Both the position numbers and the translations under genes were made by a program. Source: Marsupella aquatica (Eukaryota > Plantae > Marchantiophyta). From it: a stretch of 64,000 bases of DNA. Below, in pieces: positions 51,844 through 64,000 of the stretch. The notes beneath the pieces are model-generated. The model had not been told where the DNA came from. It saw only the letters and a program-made list of their open reading frames with translations, and searched no databases. Where the stretch lies: positions 9,177,839 to 9,241,838 of the forward strand of contig OZ316893.1 of the NCBI GenBank assembly GCA_973895155.1, written 5' to 3'. Position 1 is the first letter of the stretch. Each line of letters begins with the position of its first letter.

Positions 51844-54800
51844 GAGTGTCCTGGTAATCAACAAAGAAGTAGGCTCGGGTGCAAAATGTGTAAACCGAGT
51901 TGACATTTTAGCACAAGGCAGCAATGGTCCCGCACCCAGGTGAGACCCAGGTAGGACAATCTCGTAGTTCGATAGATAGCAAGGTTAAGTCGTGTGACCT
52001 CCATACCCTACTCTCAACTTGCTTCTAGTACACTACTACAGATCTCATGACAACATCGAAGGCTTTAACTGTAAATATAGTAGATACTTGCATCACTCCT
52101 AAGGTTTTCAAGTTTAATTTCCTATGTTAGTACCTGGGACTGCTACAATCTCCTAGACAAACCAATCAGACAATTATGGAGTACTCCGGCATCAAGTTCC
52201 CTGTGAAGACTAGATTTTCCCGGGTCTGAATTGAAATAGGGTTAGCGCAGTCCCACAAAGACCCATACACACAGTCACAAGGAAAACACTTGCATACCAA
52301 AGGGTATGTCACTTCTCCTAGGCAGGCGGTGGGAGGCTCAATAGTAGTTTGAGTGCTTTACCATTTGCTTTCACATTGGATTTCACTATCAAAATGACGA
52401 TAAACCATTCTTGGAGCATTTTCAATTTTGAACCCGTTGAGTGGGCCACTGATCGAGTCAAGGAAATAATGTTGTGGTGTTCACTGAGTCAAGGAATATT
52501 GTTGTGGTGTTTCCAGCCATGACCAATGAGCTAAAGCACAAAGGGGTAACAAGATCATAAATTTCTACCAAAAGCTCGTGATGCTTTTAGATTGGGAAGT
52601 ATTGCCTTTCTATCATGTCGAAGAGGGGGTGGAAGACTGGGTCCTGGATGTTTGCTTTGGGCCACAGACCAGCCTGTCATTGGCTCTTGGTTTACGTTCA
52701 TATGAGGCGGGATATGAAGAGAGGTAGAGCAATGTGTTAGAGGGACAATGTGTTAATCTCCTGGACAAAATTGAAGAGGAGGATGGAAAACGGATGGTAG
52801 GACCAGATGAGGGGAGCCGTTAGGATGTAACTGACCAGACCACCGGACGGGATGAGCACTAGTGAACCTATGCATGTTGCAGTTGACAAAGTCTTCCAAG
52901 GAGGAAGGGGAGATGGGACACAAGAATCATTCTAAACTATAATGTTGTCATCAAGTAAAAAGTTCTCGTCAAGTAAAAAGTTCTCGTTAACAAAAAAGAA
53001 GTAGTTTTGCCAAAGATGTCATTATGTGAAAGATGTCATGAAGAAAATGATGTCGTCAAGTAAAAGTGTGCCCCTTGCCCGACACCTTGCCATTGACGCA
53101 AGTGCCATTATCTTTACTATGTCTTTAGACCTTATAATTTTTGTTTTTTTGGCAGTGAAAGTGGCACAACAAAATGAATGTAAAATATCACACTAAATAT
53201 TGGGAATATAATGTTTTATTTGATTAGTGTATCTAGTCCCCTATTGACTGAATACTAGTCAATACTATCTGAAATTCAAATCCTACCAATATTATGGCTA
53301 AATTATGTATTATCTCACCTTATTGAGTATGTACACCTTATTGAATATGTACATTACTCCCTATCATCATGGAGAGAGTATACTCCTTGTGCATTGTGTT
53401 ACTGATGTCCTTTTTTTGGTTTGCTTATCCCATTTGATTCACTCCTAGGTGGACATTGACCTGCCACTTTTTCATTCACACTAAATTAATTTTCTTTTGT
53501 CTTTATTCCTTCCTTGTACCAGATTTATTATTTTTTATGCCATGCAAATTTGAATGAGTACCACTGTAAAAATTGGCGCAACCTTATATTAAAGGAGTTA
53601 ATTTACATAAGGGGGGCCAAAAAACAAATTTATGATGAGTAAAGATCAGGGGAAGAAACTGGCGAATGTGCTTTAGGCCATCCCAATTTTTTAGAATTAT
53701 TACCTTGGATTAAGTTAGCATTTTCTAGTTTCTGATGGCAGTTTCTAGTTTGCCTAAATTCGTACTCTCACATTTTCAGATAATCGATCCCACAGCCCAG
53801 GAAAGTTTCCAGATAATTCCACCGCCCACGAAAAATATACAATAAATAAAAGTTGTCATGAATTCCCAGCAAAAGTTAATTTGTAAGCATAAATAAGATG
53901 ACTCGTTTTCCAGGGCTGCTTGGATATTATAGTACAGTAGTTGACCACTACAGTAGATTCTAGAGCTGGCTGGGATACCAATGAAAGTTTTGTGGAATAT
54001 GTCCAATTTATGGTCATTGCCAGGTTGATTGTTCCCATCACAAGGGAATCTAATCCTTTCCACCCCTTGTGACATCTTTTTGTGGCGGCACACTCTATGG
54101 GATGTTATAGCGCCTCTGATCTGACCACCTCATCCAGTTTTAAATCTACTTGTACTTGTACCCTCTATTGTATTTGATGTTTATTCATATTACAGATTCG
54201 CACTTGAAATAAGTAAATTGGTAAACGACATAAGAGTGGTACAGTCGAAAACAAAATTTGGACTGCGTCAAAGGATATTGAAGAGGCTCCGGGGAAGAAA
54301 TGGCGAGCCACCAACTAATATCAAGCTAAATTGAGTCACGCCCAAACAGTAAATAAAACGCTGTCAATCAACTTGGCAGCCGTCCAGAACAAAGCAGGGG
54401 ATGACCTCGTCCCTGGCGGACTTGCTCACCCCCGGCCCCAAAGCGTCGAAGGCCGCTGGATGTTTCTGTAGCTTACCCATGAGTAGAGGACAGGAACTTC
54501 AGACATCAGTCGAACCCATTTGAGCAAGTTGATTAGTGGCTGCTCTAGTGTCATCGGTGATCGCTAATAAGATCTGAGCCAGCAGGATTGAGGCAGAATG
54601 AGCCGGATTGGGGCACAATGATACAGTTGAAGCTGAAGTCATAGATAGGCCCTACGATAGTGAAGGTCTTGCACACTTCAGAAGATAGCGTCCACTTCAT
54701 GAGCATAAACTCTCAGAAGCGATGTACAATGCGTAGAATGACTGTCACTTGCTCACTGTCTTCGGTATCCCTTCAAAATACAATTCGGCCTTGAATGGAC

Positions 54801-55385
54801 ATCCGAGAGGTTTGCGATCCTCCCGCTGTGCAAGGTACCGCTGGTTCACACTAGAATCAATATACTCGTCCGATCCGATGCAGAATGATATGGGTATACA
54901 ATTGTCGATCAGCTGAGAATCAAGCGAGGTTCTACCCCTGGAAGGCTAGTGTGGCAGAACTAAAAACACAGCTTTTATCGAAGGGTTCCTCTACTGCGCG
55001 ACAGGGACACATACTGTCATCAAGACTTTAACAGAAAAGAGTAAATGTACAGCAATAAGCTAAAGGAGCTGTAGGAAAGCTGTGGACTTAAGCGAATGCT
55101 TCTGTAGTAGATGGTATAGGTCGACAAGCGATCATAGGATGCATATGTGGGATTTGGATTACAACAAGTGGGTTGAATACTCTTGAAGGGTTCTATAAGT
55201 TGATCATGGGCCAGAAGGAGGGGCTAATACCGTAAGTCTCACTGTTTAATAGTGACTCGAGCACATCTACTACCTGGAAAGTTGATCGTCTTGGAGACTT
55301 GTAGAATAGTGGAATTGGGCAGAGGCTCACGTGGGAAGACACTGTCGTTGAGGCAGCACACGTTGCAGGCTGCTCAACCGTGCCG

Positions 55386-58300
55386 ATGAAGATCCTCTGC
55401 AAAGGAAGAATCTTAATTTGGCTTCAGGTTCTGCTCGTCATCGGCGTTGTGTGGATCTCTACTGTAGCAGGTCTAGAGGGTGAGTGTTCTCCGGAAACTT
55501 GTTGTGTCGTTCTTAACTCGGGCGGATGTCAATAAGCTAGAGGATATATGTTGTGCCAACAAACCAAATCTTGGTTATCCAAATCTTGATTTCATTCTCT
55601 TGAACCACAGATGAGCCATTTTCGATGAGATTTCTCAGGGAATCCTAGGAAGCAGCCAGATTTTGGTCTTTACCAGATAGGCGGCCTACTACCAGATAGG
55701 CGGCCTCCTACCCGATTTCGTCGATTCTTTTGGGAAATTTTGTTATCCATTCTCCCGGATTAAACATTTCACATACTACCACAACAGAAGCCATAGCGCT
55801 AACTGTAGTTGGTTCAAACTGTAGTCGGTTCAACTTTAAGTTAGTACATCAATTGATCGGGCTCTCGCCTACAATGACCAATTGTAGACACATTAACATC
55901 ATTCTAGGCAAGATTAAACAGAAAGTGCTCTTCGTTCATCGCTAAGGACGGCCTTCAAACATTTGGAATGGTCTCTGTCAGTATAATGATAGACCTTTTC
56001 GCTATCGTGTATGCGTCTGAACTGACTAGTGTTCACAATTACAGGGTTTCTGAGCATTGACTGTGGGAGTGAGCTAGCCTACCTTGACAACGTCACTGGA
56101 ATCTACTGGGAGACGGATGCTAAGTACATCTCGACAGGGAGGAACATAAACGGCATCAACGTGTACAGTGGCGACGGGACTCCTATTCCCAATTTCGTGC
56201 AAGCGGAAACTCTCCGATATTTTGATGAGCCTCGCAGCAAGGACTGCTATGTGCTGCCCGTGGTGCCTGGCGAAACCTACCTTCTACGAGTAACGTTCTT
56301 CTATGGGAGCTTGGGCGACGGTAGCATCCCCATCTATGTGGAGGTGTGGGTAGACAACAACTTTGCAAACTCCTTCAAGTGGAACGCAGGTAACGTATTT
56401 TTCTGCAGACAAACGGTTGGGTTTAAATTCACCTGATTGATTCGTGCTCAAAGTATTCTTCAATGCCTCCATTTAATTTTCTTCTCCTAGACCAGACTGA
56501 ATGGTCTCTTACCTATTATGCTGCTAAGGAGTGGAGCAGGTGGCTAGAATGTCACTAGAGTGGTAGTTGTCAAGGGGGTGCAAGTCTGATTCTAATGGAA
56601 ACCTTGAGTTAAATCTAGGTCAACCTAATGCACTCCAAGATTAGTGGGCCACATGCCCTCCAAGATTAGTGAGCCACTGTAAGCTGCGCATCCCTAAACC
56701 CAATGCAACCTGCCTTCCCGAACAAACTCATCCCGGTTTATGTTATGCTAGTCGTTGTTGAGTATGATGGAAACTTTTGTGCTATCCCCATCCGTCTATT
56801 TCAAAACTGGGTGGGAGAGGCACAATGTACCACCCATGACGGTCTCCAGTTGTTTCCTGCTCCCTGCATCTATTATTCTAGTGTGATGTTGGAACATTGA
56901 AGCTTTGGAAGCGCCATAGACAGTCACACGCACATTGCAGGATACTAGGCAAGCTTGTGAGGATTGCCCTAGGCAACTTGTGTTGGAGCGCGATTATTAC
57001 AGCCCACACGTGCCATTGTCGGAACTAGAATGGCATAGGAATAATGGCAGAATGTAGCCTACATTGATGCAAACATGAAGGCAGAACACACACTACATTT
57101 GGGCAAGAAAATTGCATGGTAGATTAACACACTTATTCAGGTGACTATATGCAAAAATGTAGAGCGCAGAGCAAATTGAGAGCACAAGACCAAGGGCGAC
57201 CCCACAGGTGGAGAACTCCTTTGTGAGTGAAATGTGTGGGCTGTAGTAATTGTGCTCCAACATGAGTTGCATGGGGTGATCCTCATGAGCTTGTCTATCC
57301 TGCAATGTGCGTGTGTCTGGCGCTTCCAGAGTTTCAGTGTGACAAACAAAATATTCATTCCTCTGTACTACTTACTCGAGTAGTATTTCTCAAATTAGTT
57401 CGTGGACCCCCACCTGTTTTGATTGAAATTGAAAAGTAGATAGTTATCCGTTAGTTTCTCATCTGCTGCATCTTGCTTAGCCGGGGTTGGGAGTTTGACC
57501 ACATCTGCGGTCTACTTGAGGTGTTTGTCCTTCTTGCTTTCCTGTGGATAACACTTTGCCATTCCCTGTACCAATTTGAGGAGTATCACTTTCTTGCTGT
57601 ACCTAAATTGAGTCTGCTAGTTTCTTGGTGACAGTTTGGGGGAGAGCATCCCCTTTTGCCGAAGCTAAAATAGGCACTTCACTTTCCCCGGACCCAATTT
57701 GTGGAGTATCCTCAGCTTTCTTTACCGCTGAGCCTTTTCCCAATATTGTCTTCAACGCTGCGTCCTTGTCGTCTGTTGCCTGCACCTCAGCGCCCTTATC
57801 CTCGATTTTCTTCACCTCTACAGGGAACGGTTCCTCTGATCTCGTCTGGCAATTTCGATCGTGTACTGTCCTTATGAATTGTTCGCGATTCTTCCTTGGT
57901 TGAGTGAATGGTTTCTCCTTCAAACTAATTCCTGAATTCCTTCTTCTTTCTGCTCGATCAGCATCTCTTCGATTCCTTTCGGTGATTTTCTTTGTTCCCT
58001 TTCGCCTCGGTTCTTAGTGGCTTGCTCTTTGGAGTCTCCGGGAGTTGGACCTTTGTTTATAGCTCGTATCTTTGTAAGTGGAACGTAGTCACGTAGACGT
58101 GGTCCTTACTCGACCCTGCTAAGCTTGCTTCTCTTTTGTTCGCTCGTGCCTCATGTGTTGGACAATCTAACAGTAGTGAGAGGCATCACTGAATTAGGAA
58201 CTGCAATGATGACGCCATGGAAAGAGTGATCCAACATAGAATCATGTCCACTTCTTCCTTCTTGGCAACAGAAGGTCGAAAAAATTGTCACGATTCAAAT

Positions 58301-61300
58301 CAACTTGCCGAGAGAGATTTAGTTATTATTTAATTGAAACACAATTCAGAATGTGGGTGGGCAGCGGTTACTCAGGGTAAAAAAAATGGAAGGTGGGCCT
58401 CTTACTAATTGAACAGTCTCTTATCTAGGGTAAATAAAACGGTCATTTTTCAAACATTTTTACATCAAGGTTTACGGCATGACGTCCCTTAATTTTACCA
58501 AAATCATGCCACAGACACGAATGTTGAAGCAATTTTATTTTGTAAACCAATCCGTACCTGTTTGCAGCGTGTCTCGATGATGTGGCGTGCTGTGGAGTCT
58601 CAAATTTTGGAAGAGACCTCTAGTGGGGTTCGTAATGATAACCATCTAGTTAAAAGAACACTTGTGACTAACCCCAAAATTATATCTCATAATATTGGTG
58701 GGTTAGAAAGACACGAGGGTAATTAAATTTAGACACCACAGCCTGAAAGCATCATATGAGCTGAAACTCCCAGGAAACAATCATTGTCTAAATCAACACC
58801 ATAGTCTGAATATCTTGAGGTGAAATGCCCTAGAAATAGTGTTATATTTTAAAATAGGTAGCAAACATATGTTTTGATTAGGTGTGAGAGAAATTATACC
58901 AAAAGATCACACTGGAAAATCTTGTTGGCTAAGACTAATTTATATTGCCCCACTAAGGTATGGAACTCCAGGGTACATAACTCCACTTTTTATAAGGCAA
59001 GTTTTTAATTTCTTTAATCATAGCCCTATAGTCAATGAACCATGCTAGGTTATATTTTAGTTTACTAAACACTTGTTAACTATATCTAATATATAAAAAA
59101 TCTAATATGTTTTGATGTAAAAAACTTGATTAAAATCAAATTATATGGTATTTTTAATACTCGGTCTAAAACCAAACTAGTCAGAATATCCATTAAAATT
59201 TTAAAATATTTTAATAAAAATTACAACAATTTAAGATTTGTTTTTTTAATTATGTGGAAAAAGAAGAAATGTAGAGCCGTAAGGATACACCGATGTACCA
59301 GTGAGCGAGCACGATTGTACTGAACAAGGATTTCCGTTGTACCGGACGCAGATGCCACACTATACGCCTCTTATGGATTAGAATTCATCTATATTGCGCC
59401 AAGAAACCAAGCGAACGTATGCCTAATAAGTGATTCTAGCCCAACATTCATATCTTCGCTGGAGCTTCGAGAACTGAGCAAAACCATGTATGGTGCTGCA
59501 CTGGGGACATCGCTGGACAAGTTTCTCTTGATGGAGGACAGACTTAGTAGCGGATCTTTCACGAGCCCTGTGCAGTACTTGAGGTACAGAAATCTGGGAT
59601 GCCTCCACATTGAGTAGCGCACTTTTAAAGTTGATCCTGTTATGGTTTTCATGTTTGGGAAGTTCTAAGAGCTCTACTCGATTCCACATACAGTAGCAAA
59701 GTAGAGAACCCAACCTAACTAAGGAAACGCAAGAACTACCGAGCATCTTACTATATACGCATACCATGCTACTGTGAATGAATCAAGGGCTATGAGGATT
59801 TGATCCTCAACTACTGAACATGATAGCTATTTCTGGCCAGTCGGTACTGTAGATTCTTTTTCCGCTGTTAAGTTTAATGCGATGTGATCTAGTCTACTCC
59901 AAGATAAAAGTTGAGCGTAAACATTGTGGAGACTTAGACTTTGTGAGATTCAAAGTAATCTTACAAATAACGTATATATATCACAAGAATTTCTATCGAT
60001 GTTCAAACTAGTTATTGATAAATATTTTATGCGATGAAATAACACTCAATGACTGAAATAAAATAATTGGGGTTGTCGTGATATGGAACGATTTTGATAT
60101 GCAATTACTACCCCAGTTTCAGAGGCCAATTTGTTCCCAATCATGGCGGATGCCTCGGGTACCGATGACTAACTGCTCTATGACCCTTAATTTATTCGTG
60201 TCCTGCTACACGCATGTATGTTGACTTCAGAATCTTGTTATGACAGGTGCCCAAGTGATTCCTACGATCGGGTCTGGACAGTGGTGAGTGGTCAAAACGG
60301 CGAATTCATACATAACCCGAATATTCTCAACTCGTCGAACTTTGATGAAGACCTGGATCGACCGCCATTTGCGGTGATGCAAAATGGTTTCGTTTATTAC
60401 AAAAGCAACTCTGTGTCAAGCCTGTTACCCTTCACGGCCCCCGTTGGCCGAGTTTATACTGCTGCCTACTTCCAGGAGCTCGACGGCAATGCTTCTACTA
60501 ACAATGTCCGGGGGATGGATTTCTTTTTGAATGATGTTTTTATAAGATCATTCAACACCTCAGCGAACCCCTTGGAGATTTCAACCATTGCGGACATTTT
60601 AGATACTAGCATCAACATGACCTTCGCACAATCAAGTTGGTCCCAATTGGCCCCCATGTTGAATGCATTGGAGACATATTTACTACTAGATTTCAACACT
60701 TCGACAACTGTCGACCTAGACGGTGAGTTATTGTGTGATTCTTCCAGATCACTGTCAAGGATATTTCAAAGCAAACTTTGACATGGAATTCGACATCGGA
60801 TTCACTTTATCAACTTATTCAAACCATCTACAATAATAACTTACTCACCTAAGCCATATACGGTAGCTGAAGCTTCTAACATCTTGCCCCGATTGTGCTT
60901 CTATTTTCAGTGAGGGCTCTTTATGCTCTTCAAGTCCGTTTAAATTTGACGAATTGGAGCGGTGACCCGTGTCTCCCCGCTGGATATCCGTATGACTGGT
61001 TAAATTGCAGTGATGATGTTCTCCCACGGATTACCGGCCTGTGAGTTCGACATTTTGCTTTGCCACACAATTTCATACTTCACTCTAAGCATGATGCTAT
61101 TTGGATAAAACTCCATCAACGGTTTGGTGGTCCAGCGAATGTTCCAACTTGTAGATCTTTTTTATGAGGCAGAAGTTAAGCTCTACCTGTGTGCTAGTAT
61201 CAAGAATCGTCTTGGATACTCACGTAATTAAGTAATTTCGTGCAGGTTGCTTTCTAATTATGCATTAGTGGGCACTATTCCACCAGAGATCTCGAATCTT

Positions 61301-63996
61301 ACGGCGTTGACTGTTTTGTAAGTTTTTGTTACCTATAGTCCTGCGCTTCTTGAAATAAAAGCAAATTTGCGCGAATGGGATTGATACCTCTCTTTAGCGC
61401 CAATATTTGACCGATAATACTGTTTTAAAATCCGATCTCTGTGGTATGATAATCTCTGTGATATGATAATTGCCCAACTTTGAGTGAGGTAGGTCCAAGA
61501 ATATGTTACAGTCCTCCTGTTTCTAAATCTACACACGGAGAATTGGGTTTCCTCTCTCACTACCCGTTCTGAGTGCATTGAACTATTACAATGTCGTAGC
61601 GAGCTGGAGCATATATACTAGTAAGCTTACTTGTAGCTTACTATTATAGCTTACTTGTTCGATATGGAATTTACACGTCAATGGGTTTGTACTTGTTCTT
61701 GCAATTCTTCCTTCCGAAACATACACTACTGTCAAAGCTATCTGAAATCGCGTCATTCGCCTAGTTTTCGAGAGCTCTAGAAATGAGATTTCATTGCTCC
61801 AAAATCGATCATGCAATGCAGGGTAATTAATGCAAGACATGGTTGCACTTGAAATTACAGGTGGACGGGAGGCAACTGAGTTGTTTTTTTATTTTGTGTT
61901 TCCCAGGGAACTCAATAACAACAGCCTATATGGTCCAATCCCAGATTTCAGCAATCTTCAGCACCTTCAATCGATGTAAGTGTCTAGCGATTACTTTAGC
62001 TGTGCTGGAATTTGTTACCAAGTACAAGTGAGAAATCAAGAATGTATGTTTTCGATATTTCACCATCGTGGGCGCTTGGTTTGAGCTCACATACCTTTGC
62101 CCGTTGATCACGTTTGCGAACCTTCATGCACTCTACGTACAAAACGCTCTAAGTCTGTAATGTTGTGTATTGCAAGTTTGTTCTACACGTACGTACTTCA
62201 GTTGATGCATCTCAATCACCGTTGTTTCATCAAAATTTGGACGCAGATATTTGCAAAACAACAACTTGACCGGAGAAATTCCAGATTTTCTTGGCATGCT
62301 TCCGAATCTGACCAGATTGTAAGTTGAAATTGGACTGATCGAGCCAATATATTCTGAGGAGAATTTTGATCATGCATGAACCAGTGGCATAGTGAACCCG
62401 GGAGTGAACCAGTAACAATCTGAGCAGATTGTTACTGGTTGTAACAATCTGCAGTCAGCAGTTGTTCACATGCACCCTATGGATATAATCATGGACTATT
62501 TATACGGGGCTCGTCACCCTAATTCGACAATCAAGCGGCGCACGTTATCAATCACAGTGCATCGTGAGATTGGACACCTCTGTTGGATAAATGTCGTGTG
62601 TTTCATATGCATGTTCTTGAGCTTGAGTTGATGAAAACGCAACACATATTTATTGCTAAACGTAACTCAAACTGGTTCTCGCTTGTAGGGCCTTAGACAA
62701 CAATAACTTCAGTGGAACGGTGCCACCGGATCTCAACAAACAAGGTTTCAACCTCACGTAAGTCCAGACACCTAATCGAAGGCAGGTTGTTTAGGTGACC
62801 CCTCCCAATTTTCTGCACGTCATGAAGTTTTCACCCGTTGCAGGCATGCATATTTCCGCACACTGGTCCCAAATGTGGTAAAGCCAGTGGCACGAATTAA
62901 TAGTTTGAGTTGATGTGTGTACGTCTGACCTTGCAACCTGAACATGTTGGAATGAATTGATACAGCTTTACAAACAACCCTGAACTTATAGCTCCGTCGT
63001 GGTACAACCCAAATTCCTCGACTTCCTCCAGTTCGTCCAGGTCAAGAGGGACAACCATTGGAGCTGTTGTGGGTGGCATCATCGGTGGTCTGATTGTGTT
63101 AGCGATCGCCACGGGGATCATATGGCTGCTCTGCACAAGGAAAAGTAGAGCACGATCTGACATCATCAGAGCCATAGAGAATGCAGGTGAGTACTTGAGA
63201 ATTTTATCACTTTCCCACGTACTAATACTCAAATGCACCCGAGCTCATAAAAATTTTGTTGCTCTTCGCGGCCCTGCATGTATAATGTCATGACCGTACA
63301 TGTGACACGATTCCCTTTGCATTGCTATATACCTGCAGAAAATCGGTCTCAGAACCCGGATTCGAACACAAGTAGGAAAGTTTTTGCAGGGTCCACGGTC
63401 GTGATATCGTTACAAGAGGTCAGCGACGCGACCAAGAAGTTCTCGAAGAAAATTGGTCAGGGATCTTTTGGGCCGGTTTATTATGGAAAGCTTCCGAATG
63501 GACAGGAAGTGGCTGTCAAAGTGAAATCAACGGATTCCCGTCAAGGAGCCACTGAGTTCTTGAACGAGGTTTGTTGTTAGAACAAATCTACTCTTTTCAA
63601 GTATAGAAACCGCATCAGAGGCGGAGCTCAGTTTTTTAAAAGGGTTGGTTGTCGGCTAGCTATGCTCTTACTAGCTGGCTGAAATCTTCTGTGCACAGTT
63701 AAATTAGACACTTAAAGCACATTGCAAAACACAATGAAGCTCTAACAAACACATTGCGACTTGAAAGCTGGATGATATCTACTCCTAGACTCCGATCATC
63801 CGCGAGATGTTCCGCAGGAGAAACATTTCTGTTTCTAACAACACTCGTCCATTAATTGTACACACACAGGTTGAACTTCTCTCACGGATACATCACAGGA
63901 ACCTGGTGTCTTTGGTTGGGTACTGTGAAGAAGGAAACCAACAAATTCTAGTTTACGTTTATGTTTCCAATGGAACTCTTCGCGACCACCTTTACG
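55386..63996 (+). CDS. Malectin-like/GDPC/LRR receptor-like kinase, tandem copy 2 (3' end beyond the window). Exons 55386-55479, 56045-56389, 59352-59583, 60247-60722, 60911-61040, 61246-61317, 61907-61975, 62247-62318, 62689-62757, 62966-63186, 63339-63568, 63870-63996
   Basis: Exon-for-exon paralogue of 43958-51843 with the same intron phases, WSGDPCLP and GQGSFGPVY. No stops seen in the 12 visible exons. Confidence 0.92.
56520..59300. mobile_element. About 2.4 kb net expansion of TE-like sequence in intron 2 of RLK copy 2
   Basis: This intron is 2962 bp versus 577 bp in copy 1. It contains an inverted repeat (56906-57009 / 57234-57328), a broken charged ORF on the minus strand (57603-57923) and an AT-rich tract. 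TE class is not identifiable. Confidence 0.55.
62407..62452. repeat. Perfect 16-bp inverted repeat with 2-nt loop plus a partial third copy
   Basis: AACCAGTAACAATCTG-AG-CAGATTGTTACTGGTT followed by GTAACAATCTGC. Confidence 0.9.
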
Positions 63997-64000
63997 GTAA

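Noticed and set aside
51827-51957. Repeat of the RLK stop region (GGTCCCGCA.CCAGGT) about 100 bp downstream as an alternative terminal exon
   Set aside because: Short local duplication with no convincing splice acceptor or coding length.

Overview
Eukaryotic, intron-rich plant nuclear DNA. Long leaders, gene content and degenerate F-box/LRR relics suggest a non-seed land plant, but that is inference. Intact genes read from the sequence: the 3' part of a plastid ABC1-like kinase (ABC1K3-like, +), a Trp/Tyr permease (TyrP-like, -, 2 exons), GDP-L-fucose synthase (GER, -), a MAP65/Ase1 microtubule crosslinker (+, 11-12 exons), an orphan ~500-codon ORF, and a tandem pair of malectin-like/GDPC/LRR receptor kinases (+, the second runs off the window). 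Between them lie decayed F-box-like and LRR-receptor pseudogenes, several non-autonomous DNA-transposon/foldback elements and many local tandem duplications. The most interesting signal is in MAP65: one gene appears to encode both a MAP65-1/6-type tail (intron retained) and a MAP65-3-type EYSFEE tail (intron spliced). No rRNA, tRNA or CRISPR array was found. All exon boundaries were read by eye from GT/AG sites and reading frame.
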